This document shows, one piece after another, positions 25,660 to 37,715 of a stretch of DNA of 64,000 bases. This DNA is from Selaginella moellendorffii (lineage: Eukaryota > Plantae > Lycopodiophyta): positions 2,256 to 66,255 of the forward strand of contig NW_003314431.1 in NCBI RefSeq assembly GCF_000143415.4. Direction: 5' to 3'. The notes below the pieces were generated by a model. The model had not been told where the DNA came from. It worked only from the letters and a program-made list of their open reading frames with translations, and searched no databases. The position numbers and the translations under genes were made by a program. Position 1 is the first letter of the stretch, and the number at the start of each line of letters is the position of its first letter.

Positions 25660-26060
25660 TTTTGCATATGTCTAGACTTTACGAAACGCGAGGAACATAA
25701 AAAGGCATATGCTCCTTACAAGCATATGTACTACATCTTCATCAACATCTTGCACCAGGATTCTGAAGTGGATATTCATATACACCAAGCAAGTTTTACT
25801 ATTGTTGAGTTGCAGAAAACTTTTGGAGCTAATTAGATTTTCCAACACTATTGATGTTTATTCTCTATCAATAATATAAAATTATTATACTTTATAAAAT
25901 TAATAAAAAATAATTTTTTCATTTCACTTTTCATTTTATATACTTATGAGTGTTCTTTTTGCAATATTGCCCATAGTACTCGTATGTTTCCATTTTTGTC
26001 TTTACCATATCAAAAAAGATTTCATGATAATCTTTCGGGTGCGTGATGTTGTAGTATGTG

Positions 26061-26745
26061 TGTAGCGCACCTTATTTCTCTCCCCTTAAGCCAACTGAAA
26101 AAAGAGCAATTGCTTGATGAAAGAGCCCTTAGTGGCTATTTTATCCCTATTTATCCCCCAGAATCCATGGTGACAGTATATCCAAATCTCATCCCATAAT
26201 CATATGCGCTACACTCACCCCCCCTTCAGAGATGTCAATGTCCTCATTGACTTTTGATTAACAACCCCTATTGAGCCAAGGGGAACCAACACTTCCATTT
26301 CCGCACTCAATCTACTAATCCTTCTATTGTGTAGACCAGCTATTCCATGTGAGATAACTAGTCATCCACCCGTACCGTAGTCCCATGATGGATACCTTCG
26401 TTCGTGGATACTCCACACAAAAGGAAGGATGTCCACACAAGAGGAAGGACGTATACATGGATGCCTAATATGTACGATTTCAAATTTAGGGGTAAGAATA
26501 TACTTTGCTCAAGGGTATATTATACTTTTAAGTAGCCACTAATCAATGGGAATCAAACCCGTGCCATTTGCTCCGATACCAACTGTAGCACACCTTATCT
26601 CTCTCCCCTTAAGCCAACTGGAAAAGGGGCAATTGTTTGATGAGAGAGCCCTTAGTGGTTATTTTATCCCCATTTATCCCCCAAGGTTCCAAGGATCCAC
26701 GGTGACAGTATATCCATATTTCATCCCATGATCACATACGCTACA
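26061..26745 (-). mobile_element. TRIM (terminal-repeat retrotransposon in miniature), LTR family B
   Basis: LTRs at 26061-26213 and 26584-26745; iMet-type PBS TGGTATCGGAGC; PPT GAAGGGGGGG; 370-bp non-coding interior; TSD ATGTG/GTGTG. Confidence 0.93.
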
Positions 26746-27544
26746 GTGTGGTAAGAATATATATACCATCATACTGATCATCACCATTGTTTCCACCAAA
26801 CCCTAGAAAACATATAGGGCATTTTTTGAAAGTCGCAAAATTACAATTTTCTAAAACAAGTAAAAGGGCATTCTTTTTCACCCAATTTGTTGTGCCTTTT
26901 ATCATTGCATTTATCTTTAACTCATAATCACTATTCTCACTATCCTCTCTTTCATTCTCTTATGTGGTTTGGTTATGCTGTGCAATAAAAAGTTATTGCA
27001 TCTCCTAGTACTTGAACCCTATGAAAAAAGATTGTAAGAGTTAATAATCAGCATTAGAACCCACAAACATGTCTTTCCCTCTTTTTGAATGAGAGTGTGA
27101 ATTAAAATTCATAAATTCTAGATAGTATGTTATGACAAACCCCTCAAGAATGTATTTATGAAAAGAACCAAGTCGTGAATCTATTTCTAGAAAGCAATTC
27201 CTACTAAAGAGAATGAAAATCATGACCATTGATCGTGACTGTTGATCGTGACCATTAATTTTTAACTAGGGTTTGAGCAAGGAAGGGCAAGAGAAAAACG
27301 CTTGAATCTCACAATATGCTTCAAGATGCTTCTCAATTATGACACTAGATGCTTTTCAAGACATTAGAAAGACACTCCTCAATCAAAGCATGCCTCTCTC
27401 TACTGCTTTTCCATCTCCCCATCTTTTGCTCCTAGCTTGCAAGCAACTTGCATCTCATGGCTACTTCACACTTGAATGATTGGTTCAACAATAAATTAAT
27501 CTTCCCAACACATTAGATTTTGGGTTTTCTTTTCTTGATATTGC

Positions 27545-28110
27545 TTTGGCACTGTAAGATCAGTTTGGCAACAAACCGATCTTCCCAGTGTCAAGGGAAC
27601 CAAAAAAAAGAAAAAAAGAAGCAATTCCCTTAGCACTGAGAAGATTGGTTCGGCAATAAACTAATTTTCCCAGTGCCAAGTGAACTGTTTCTTTTTTTCT
27701 TTTTTTTGTTCTCTTGGCACTGAGAAGATTGGTTTAGCAACAAACTGATCTTCCTAGTGCCAAGGGAACTACTTCTTTTCTTCTTTTTTTCTATTCCTCA
27801 GCACTAGAAGATTGGTTCGCCACTAAACCGATCTTCTCAACGTTAAGGGAGTTATTCCTTTTTTTTTTTTTTTTTGGTTTTTTTTGGCACTAGAAAATTA
27901 GTTCACCACCGAACCAATCTTCCCAGTGAAAAGGGAGTTACTTCTTTTCATTTTTCCTTTTTTCCCTTGGCACTGGAAAATTGATTTGGTAGCAAATTGA
28001 TCTTCTCAGCACCAAGGGAGCTACTTCTTTTCTTTTTTTCTTTTGTTCCCTTGGTTCTGGAAGATTGGTTTGGCAATGAACCGATCTTCTCAACACTAAG
28101 GAAATTGTTC
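27545..28110. repeat. Array of 7 palindromic units, period ~84 bp
   Basis: Unit GGCACTGRGAAGATYGGTT-n-AACCGATCTTCYCAGTGCC starts at about 27549, 27632, 27716, 27800, 27886, 27969 and 28053, separated by low-complexity T/C-rich or A/G-rich spacers. Confidence 0.85.
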
Positions 28111-28452
28111 CTATTTTCTTCAAAAAAAATTTCTAATGTTTACTCAAGTTTATTTGTCATTTTTATGCAAATATATAAATCATGCCACAATAGAAGAAGT
28201 GTGTTGGTCAACCTCAATGGACCTGTTCTCCAGGAAAATGACTAGATCGTTGTGCTAAATTCACTAGGGACACCTCACAAGTTCAAAGCATTGCTTTAGA
28301 GGAAAACCATGGTAGGAGCAGTGGTGTCCAGATCCAAGTAATGGTTGATCCTAATCTAGGTGTTAGCATGCAGGAGCCAGATGGTTCTAGAGAGCATGGA
28401 AATGTAAAACCTATCTATAGCATAGGAGAAGCTGCTGGTGGTAGTGCTATAG

Positions 28453-31400
28453 TGTTAGGGCGTGGTCACCGAGAAAGTGAGAGAGAGAGAGGGAATATTT
28501 TGGTCCTCAGAATATTTCCCATCTTCTTTGTATAAAACCCTTGCCTCACAAGGGCAAGGGGGGGCATTTTTGCGAAGAGCAGTGAAGCATTTCTCATGTT
28601 TGAGTGAGTGTTGGGGGAGGCACCCCTCCTTCCCCCAACAAATGGTGAACCTAGCGTGACGTGCAGCATTTTCTGGATGTTATTTCTCTCTTTTTCTTTT
28701 GGCTGCAGACTTTGGGAAGGAATTCCTTATTCGTCTTCCTTGTTTTGTGGTTTTGTTTGATCTTGGGTGTGTTGGATAGGTTTGAAGCTCCTCTTTCCAG
28801 CAAGGTATGGCACCCATCAAGCCATGTAGCATTTGAAGAGATATAATGTTTCTTGGCTCGGTTGGATGAACATTTTGGGGTTTTCACTTTCTTGCTTGGA
28901 TCCTCGGCCGAATTTCTCAAGGTAGTGCATTTGGGCTTGTAGATCTAGCCTAGATCTATGAGTAGTGGTGATTCTTGGCACTAGATTTGGGCAAATTGAT
29001 GGCATGCAAAAAGATTTTCTTCTCTGGCTAGATTGGGTCATATTTGGAGCAAGAATTCGTGCTCCTTCAGGCTTTGTTTTAGATGCTGTTTGTTTCGAGA
29101 GGTGCTCTTGGTCCTAGGCTTTCCAGAAATACCAACAGCACCTCAGTATCAATCTACATCACAGACATGCACATGTTTTTCCACAATGTTGGTGTTCTGG
29201 GCTACCTCTTCATGAATTTCGGGGAATATTGAGGTGACTTCTTCCCAAATTCCTATAATAGAGGGTAGATGGGACTGAGCCCTTTCCAATGAGCACACCA
29301 ACAATCAAAATGGTGAAGGATTGAGGCCGGAGGACTCATTTTTCTCTTTTGGGCTAACCTTTGTTGGGAGTTCCTTGGGAACGAAGCAATCTTCAAAGAA
29401 CAAGTCGGCGTAGGAACAGGAACATGAGGAACAGGAATAGGAATTGCCATAAGAACAAGGGCAGTAGGAGCAAGTGCTGGATAGGAGTTGGTGTTGGAGC
29501 AGGCGCAAGGGTAGGAGCGAGAGCAGGGGTTACCAGTTATGGGTTACAGGTCCCTGGTTACTAGTTACAGGTTACTGGTTACCGGCCACTCCAGCAAGTA
29601 CTCCAACGGGTACTCCAGCGGCTACTCCAGTGGCTACTCCAGCGGCTACTTCGGCAATTACCCTACGAGTCAATGGTTACGCGTGCTTGAGGCCTACATC
29701 TACTCCCCTTTCGGCCCTTATTTCTCTTTGTCACAGGCATTTTGGGCAACTTTGAGCAACTTGAGCACTAGCCTACAGTCTTCTTGCTCCTGTCAACCCA
29801 GTTGCTTTGTCCGGGCATTTGCAATATTCAGGGTATTTGATGCCAGTACAAACTAGACGTGTGACAAATTAGCACCCTTTTACCATACCTCAAGGCCTTG
29901 AGGTATGGAGTAAACTTTCTAACATCCAAAGGCAGCTTAGGTATGACACTACACCTTCTCGGGCCGAGTCTTCTTCATCCTCGGCAGATTCCAGTGACTT
30001 TGATCTACGAGCTATAGCACAACCACCTTTAGCTCGACCTCAGCTCCATGTTTTGCAGAAGGGGAGTGATTTGCTAACCTTCTCAGGTGTTGGAACAGTT
30101 TCTCCAACATCACATATTAGTTGCTTTGATTACTATTGCACCACAAACATGATCGTCGATGATGATCGTATGTGCCGCAACTTCTTGCAGTCTCTTGAAG
30201 GCAAAGTAGCAACTTGAAGGAAAAGCAGCAACTTGGGCAGATTCTCTCCTCCTAGAGGACCAGACAGACTTCTAGACACTACTTGCTTCTTTTAGAGAAT
30301 GCTTCATTGAGGAAAAACCCACAAATCGGCTACTTGTTGACCTCTTTTCATTACAACAGGGTGCTCACGAGATTGTTCCTGACTACATCACACGGTTTCA
30401 AGCTTACTGGAAGTAGTATTGGGATCGCAAAGTAGTCCAAGATGAGCAACAGGGGATCACGGCATTCATAGCAGGTCTGCGTGGGAACTTGCAACAAAAA
30501 CTTAAGAAGACATTCAGCTCTTGTCGCGAGGCATTTTTGTTTGCCATGAAGCTGGAAAGAGAGCTTCTAGTTGACTTGGGGATTGCTAGAGTTGATTTCG
30601 ACCAAACCATCACCCCATAAGAATCACCTTGTGCAGCTGTTCACCCATCCACAACAAAGCCCATTGCTATCGAGCATACACTTCTGGCTATTGAGAACTT
30701 TGCCAACAAGATGCAATAGCTGAAGGAGATCATTCTTCAGCAGCAATCACACCATGAAAAACTACTCCAAGAGCTGGTGGAGTCCAGGAAAGAGGCTGTT
30801 ACAGCTCGGGAATGCGGATTTAAGTCCTGTTGGTGCACTCACTGTGAGACAAACACACACAACACACAGCGCTGCTTCAAGCTTCACCCAGAGCTTCAGC
30901 CTCCATCTTCTCAACGTGTCCAACAACATCCCTTCGCTAATAACTCCACATCGTCTCGGGGTCCAGAGACATATCAGGAGCAGTTGGAGTGACAAGCAAT
31001 TGAGGCAGCCCCTTCATCAAGCAAAGGCAAGGCACCAGCCTCATCGGTCAACACGATTTTGGTAGCCGAGGAACTCTATAGGCAACAGCAGCAAACCGCA
31101 GCCACTCGAGCCCAAGCAAAGAAGAAAGTAGCCGCTCAACCTGCCACTGATCCCCTGGTGCCGGTTGAGAGTGAATCTCCGTTGGCATCAGGCCCGGTGA
31201 CACAAAGGGTGGCTTATAAGCTCTCTTCAAGTCACTACTCTCTTCTCCTCCTGAGATCTCACCAATAGCTATTCCTGTTCTGGAGCCGGTTCTTCAACAA
31301 CTAGTTGACACTCTCGTCACCTTTTCGCTCCGAGACATGTTGTGTCTTGTCCCGGGATTCGGCCAGCATTTGGAGGAGTTTGCACAATCAGGAACACTAG

Positions 31401-34400
31401 AGAACACTCTTAAGAGGACTCCTCAAGTAGTGCACATTGTTGACATGACAAGATACGGTGGAGATCCTAATCCGTTCTTCATCCTGGTGCAGATTGGTAC
31501 TTCCTCTTATAGGATGGATGCTTTGGTTGACTCCGGTTTTGGAAGCAACATTATCTCTCTTGAAGCTACCCTTTCAGCACAGCTACAGATCACTGAGAGC
31601 TCCTCCATCATGCTCAAGACCTTCGCCAACCACACTATTCCTCCAGCGGGAATTTGCTGTGGTGTCAAGGTTTCTGTGTAGGGTGTTATTTCTGAGGTGG
31701 ATTTCCTCATGGTTGACTACCAACATCTTGGAACATCCTCTTTGAAGGACCCTATCATCCTTGGCCGTTCATGGCAAGTCACAACCCATTGCACCATTGA
31801 CAGCGCACAAGGCAAGATGGAAATTAGCGATGGAACCCACAGTGCCACCTTTCTCAACAACCACGGTAGAGCTCTTTCTCAGCAAGCCCAGCAAGCTCGG
31901 ACTAAGATGGCCTCCATACCATACTTTCCTCCTGAGCTCACAGAGGTTTTTCCTGAGTTGGCGGTGGTGTCGACCATCTATATGATGGATGCTTTCTCAT
32001 GCAATGTGGTTGACATGGTTGGAGGTGAGTCAGGTAGCCTGAGACATCTCTCAACTTCACTCTCTTTATTTGAGAGTAAGGCTGAGCCTCTAGACAGGCC
32101 CTCTTTATTTGATAACGGGGCTTCTAAAGTATGGGCTCCCATATCCAGCTTTTCGGAGTGTTTCTTGATAGAGGAAGGGCTCCTCGATTCGTTTCTTGCA
32201 TGGGACCAACTCCCTCTTATGGAGCTTGATGACACAGTCACCCCAGACCGAGTCCATCTTTCGCAGGACACAGCCGAACTCAATCCTTCTCAGCAACTAT
32301 CTGAGGTATCACACAGCCAACATCTTCCTAGTACTAAAATTGCAGTAGCTGACGACTCCAAGTGTATTTTGTCATGCCGTTTCTTGGAGATGGAGGATGA
32401 CATCCAAACACAGAACTTGCAGAAAGAATCAAGCCAATCAAACTTGCTGCATGCGAGTTATAGCTCTTTGAGTTCAGAATTTCCTACCGTGGAGCCCCCA
32501 GTATTCCAACCACCAGAACGATTTTGTCACTTTCTTGCTGGAGCCCATATCCATTCCCATGTTTTTTTTATTGTGCTGACCTTTCTTTTACAGCAATCAG
32601 TTCACAGTCCTTGTACTTTATCTTGGATTGTGACCATTCAAGAGTTCCAGCCAACTTTTCACATGCAGTGGAAGTGTGTGATGCATCTTCTCCAACGGCT
32701 ACAGGTCAAGCATGTGAAGAGGAGCACCTATTACCTTGAGTGCAATGGCCAGGCGGAGTCCAGCAACAAGATATTGAAGACAGTCATCTCAAAGCTTGTG
32801 GAGGATCACCCAAGGTGTTGGCACGAGCACTTGGTTACGACGTTGTGGGCCTTTTGGACGTCCTTCAAGACATCAATCTCTGCAACCCCATTCTCCCTTG
32901 TCTATGGGACAAAGGCCATACTTCCAGTGGAGATCCAGGTGCCATCACTCTCACTTTCACTTTGATACGCAGCAGCGATGTAGCTTAGCGATAAGGACAA
33001 GCTTCATGCACGTGACTTGGAGGTTCTTGCCTTGGAAGAACAGCAACAATCCACGGCTGAACATCTCATTTGAGGCAAGCAGAAGATCAAGTCAGTCATT
33101 GATCACCAATGGTTTGCCGAACCATTCGAGGATGGTGACCTCGTTCTACTCAAGGAGTTTACACCACCTTCGAAGTTCTCCCCTCGCTGGACCGGCCCCT
33201 ACTTTGTCCAGCGATACATTGGAGGTGGAGCATATGTGCTAGTTGATGCTGATGGACGTGAGCTCCCACACGCTCACAACCACTCTCATCTCAAATGCTT
33301 CATCCGGTGAGGCGTTCCTTTTCTCTTCTTTTTCTTTTTCTTTCTTTCTTTCTCTTTACTTTCATAGCTACTTTTCTTACTTTCAGAGGGTGTTTCTCCA
33401 TTGGACTGTGGCCTATGCCTTGGATTTCGCACTCAGGCTGCATTGCCGTTTGTATGGAGGTTCCTCGCTTGGCTCAGTCTATGTTCCAGGTTCTTTGGCC
33501 CTTCACTTACCATTACTACACCCCACATATTCCCCTCACTCATTCCATATCATCTACACTCACCATTCCATCACCAATCACTTCCAGCAGCGTTGCCTGG
33601 ATTTATCTCTAGATGCCCGTCTTGCATCTTTCATTCTTTCACCATCATTCACATCTCTGCTTGAGGTCACATTTACATCATACCACGGACACACATACAT
33701 GCACCAGTAGCAACAGACACCACCTCATTTGGACGTGCTGTTTTCGAGATGTCCTTACAACCATTTGCTTTTCTGGAGCGACTTTCTTCCAACCAGGTGA
33801 ACCTATTCACTCAAGGCATCTAGGTGGATCTTTAGGCAAGGCCATAGAAGCTTAAGCCACTTTCTTCTGCTCCAGCACTCAGTGGACACATGCCACCTCC
33901 TTTTACCGGCAACCTAGTGACTATGCCGTCCTTTTCAGCTGCTAACTTTTTCAATCCAACACATCAGACTAGCCACCTTCTTAGAGTACCACCCCATCTC
34001 AGTGCTCCACCATATCGGTGTTGGAGCAGGCGCAGGTGTAGGAGCGAGAGTAGGTGGTTACCGGTTATAGGTTACAGGTCCCCAATCCCTGGTTACTAGT
34101 TATTGGTTACCGGTTATCGGCTACTCCGAGTGGTCAGCACTTACTCTACAGGCCAACGGTTATCCATGGCCACCTTTTCAAAGTGCCACCACCATCTCAG
34201 CGCTCCACCATATCACTCCATCTTTCATCATTTCCACACTTACCACCCTTGGGCAATGCATCCCCTCTTCTACCTCTCTTTCTTTCTCGATTTCGGCCAA
34301 TTTTTGGAGCATACCGGAAGTCATCAAGAGGCTGCATTTGCATATTACACTTTCCTGAGCTGAAATCCAGGTATTGGTTAAGTTCTTTGGGTACTCACTA

Positions 34401-34857
34401 TTTTTCTTCTATTTTCCTCCTCTTTTCACACTTTTTCTGCACCTTTTCTTCACCTTTAGGGTCTAGTTTGACTACAGGGTTTCCCACTGGGTTTTCTTCC
34501 CTATCTCCAAACTTCACACCTACCTCTTTTCTTTCTTTTCCACTTTGTTTTCTAAAGTTTTTACTATTTCACGTAGCTACCAGCACTTGGCATCAGTAGC
34601 AGAGGTACACTCTACACTCTACGGAGGGTTCTCGCGCGTCTGGAGCCAACGCGATCCACCGTGGTCGCATGTTAGGGCGTGGCCACTGAGAGAGTGAGAG
34701 AGAGAGAAGGAATATTCTGGTCCTCAGAATATTTCCCATCCTCCTTGTATAAAACCCTTGTCTCACAAGGGCAAGGGGGGGCATTTTTGCGAAGAGCAGT
34801 GAAGCATTTCTCATGTTTGAGCGAGTGTTGGGGGAGGCGCCCCTCCTTCCCCCAACA
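28453..34857 (+). mobile_element. Non-autonomous non-chromovirus Ty3/Gypsy element lacking RT and RNase H
   Basis: 188-bp LTRs at 28453-28640 and 34670-34857; 4-bp TSD ATAG; PBS TGGTGAACCTAGCGTGA (tRNA-Trp-like); gag remnant, CCHC knuckle CTHCETNTHNTQRC, protease ALVDSG, integrase C-terminal half NGQAESSNK...TPFSLVYG and WTGPY. Confidence 0.88.
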
Positions 34858-35177
34858 ATAGGTGGTGGGGCAGAACTTGGTGACAGAAATGAGGCACCTT
34901 GTGCTATAGGTGGTGGGGCAGATCTTGGTGGTAGAAATGGCAGACATGTTGCTGCTCCTAAAGATCATAGAAATAAGGTGGTAACTATGTTAGAGGTCGA
35001 CACAATCTTGAATGAGCGAGTATGCGAGACTATTGTCCAGGCTTAAGAATGAACTATCAACAAGGTGTTAAGTAAAATGGCTTGGAAAGGATCCCAACAT
35101 CTTTAGATTCCACTTTGTTGTCTTAAGCAAAGTCATTGGGTGCGCTTAGCTTATGACCTCAATATGGCTATTTATAC

Positions 35178-37715
35178 CCGTGTTACGAACACGGCCGGGA
35201 TCCCGGCCGTGTTCACCGTGTTTCACGAACACGGCCATGGGTCGTGTTCCCACAGCCGTGTTCGTGAACAGTGGTCCGTGTTAGTAACACGGACCACTGT
35301 TCAGAATATTCTCGCGCGGAATATTCTGGTTTTAGGGCGCATGGCATCACACGACAATCCAGCCAGGGCGCACCATTTCAGGGCACAGCAGCAGCAATCC
35401 AAGGCAAACAAGCATGGCGCAGCAATCCAGCATACTGCGAAAGCATCCTTCTTCGCGATGGTGGGATGAGGTAAGTGTTCTTGAGAGCAGGGGGCATGGC
35501 CACAAATTATGGTCATGCAAATACTGCCCAATGGTGAACAAACTGAGTGGTGTTGATCGTGTGCGAGCTCATCTGTTAGGAGAAGGCCCAGGCAGCAAGG
35601 ATATTGTGAGTTGTCCTCTCATCCCAGGTAACAAGAAAGCGGATCTGCTCAATATGCAAAAGGTTATTGATTCCGAGAAAGGGGCAAGGGGGAAGAAACG
35701 GCCGAATGAATCTGGTGGTGCTTCTATGAGAATGGATGGCAATGTCCAAGGGTTTCCACCGGTGGTATCATCCCAGTCAAGTGGAAGTGGCTGCAGTTCC
35801 CTGTTTTTTAGCAAACAGAGTCAAGTCCATATTGTTGATTTGATGGATCCTAAGCGGAAGAACTGAGTTGATGTGGCTATCAGAAGATTTTTCTGGAATG
35901 AACACATTCCATTTGTCAAGGCTCGGTCACCTTACTTCCTCAACATGATACAGGAAGTTGCCAGGCATGGTGTGCCTTATGCACCACCAAAATATGATGA
36001 TCTCCGGGATAAGCTTTTGGTGAAAGAGAAACGATTCATTGACATTGAGATGGCGTCCTTGAGGAAGCAGTGGGAGCAGAGGGGTGCAACCATATGCGCA
36101 GACGGGTGGGCAGATAGGAGGAATCGGCATATCATGGGGCTTGTGGCATATAGTCAAGGACGAGGAGCTTTTTTGAAGGCTATCGACATTTCCTTAACAG
36201 GAAAAACAGCTGAAAATACTCTGCGCTGCTGGGAAGAAGGCATTAACATTGTAGGTGCAGAGAACGTTGTCATGGTTGTGACCGATGGGGAAAATGCAAA
36301 CAGAGCAGCAGCAGCACTTTTGCAACAGAGGTACCCGAAAATTCAATGGGCAGCATGTTTTGCCCATTGCTTGAACAATGCCTTGAAAGACTTCGGTGTA
36401 CTTCCATGGATGGCAACACTTCTGGAGCGTGGAAAGTCTTTGGTGATCTTCGTTAGAAACCACTCTCATATAGTGGCACTGCTGGCGGAGTTTACTCACA
36501 AGCGATTGCTGCGTTATTGTGATACCAGGTTCGGCTACAACTTCATTATGATGGAGAGGCTGGTGGAGCTCCGAGAAGCTTTACAACAGATGTTCGTATG
36601 CCCTGCGTACAGAGCAAGGCCTGAGTCGAAGTCGAGAGCAGGAAGGGACAGTTATGCAACGGTTTTTGATGACAGTTTTTGGCAATAGGTTAAGGACATG
36701 CTAGAGGTGTCCAAGGATGTTATGCTGCTTCTTCGTGTTGTGGACGGTGATATACCTGCGATTGGAAAGATATATGAGTGCATGAACAGGTTGGATGCAA
36801 GTTTAGAGGAAGGACAGTCGGATTATGGCAGGTACAGGGAACTTCATCAGATCATGTCTAATAGGTGGCATGAGTATCACTCGCTCATGCACTCGGTGGC
36901 GTACATGTTGGACCCCGAGTTTCAGGAGTATGAAAAGCATGCTAACAGAGAGGTCATGAAGGACTGGAATGCTTATCTGCTGGCCATGTTTACATCCAGT
37001 GAGAGGGATGTGATACGTGATGAGCTTTTAACTTACCGGAGGATAGGAGGCATTTTCAACTCATATGATGCTAAGGCTGATCGCACTAAGAGGGGAGCTG
37101 TACGTTGGTGGGAGGACTATGGTTATGAAACTCCAGCTCTTCAGAAGTTGGCCATTCGAGTTCTAAGTCAGGCATGCTCGTCGTCCTCGGTGGAGAGATT
37201 GTTCAGTACTTTCGAGCATGTTTCTTCAAAAAAGAGGAACAGACTTACCATGGACAGGACAGTGGATCTGGTTTTTGTGGCTTGCAACACCAGGTTGTTA
37301 ACCTGCAAAAATGATCGTGATTACGACAAGTTTGTAAGCTACAAAGTCCTGGAGACAGTTCCTCATCCTGAAGACGAGCTTGAGTCAGGACAGGAAGAGG
37401 AAGATGGAGATGATGTCGAAGATCGTGAGGTCGAAGATCATGAGGTTGAAGATGACGATGAGATGCAGGATATTTGAGTAGTTTAAAAGTGTGAAGTAGT
37501 TTATGTGCAAATAAAAATATTAAGAATAATATAATAAAATATAGCATATTCCTATAATAATATAATAAGAAATAGAATATAATTTTTAAATAACATATTC
37601 TTAGAATATTCAGTAGAATATTCGTGAGCCATCGTGGGCCGTGATCGTGTTCCGTGTTCGGGTTCCTGAAATCTGAGGCTCGTGTTCGTGTTCCGTGTTC
37701 GTGTTCGTAACTATG
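35178..37715 (+). mobile_element. hAT DNA transposon
   Basis: Perfect 8-bp TSD ATTTATAC (35170-35177 and 37716-37723); TIR core GTTACGAACACG; subterminal CGTGTT repeats. Confidence 0.95.
35414..37477 (+). pseudogene. hAT transposase (BED finger, DDE core, dimerisation domain) with two in-frame stops
   Basis: CKYC..RAHL..C, ADGW, VTDGENAN, CFAHC, DTRF, WW...LAIRVLSQACSSSSVERLFS...KKRNRL; three ORFs in one frame separated by TGA (35864) and TAG (36686). Confidence 0.93.

Larger units (their letters stand above)
16380..25850 (+). mobile_element. Degenerate MULE/Mutator-like DDE transposase gene with C-terminal SWIM finger (outer copy), split by two insertions
   Basis: WVHFDH (20947), FMADGASANW...ERTCEFHW (21202-21303) and NLS(K/E)SKH (~21640); the SWIM finger DFPF|CICLDF...YKHMYY is rejoined across 22709-25659; ~50-60 nt GT-AG introns; many stops; termini unresolved. 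Confidence 0.65.

Noticed and set aside
27545-28110. CRISPR-like repeat-spacer appearance
   Set aside because: Eukaryotic context, degenerate repeats, low-complexity non-unique spacers and no cas genes.
29361-29856. Overlapping repetitive ORFs (GAGAR, PAATP, SSGY)
   Set aside because: Translations of short tandem repeats in the retroelement leader.
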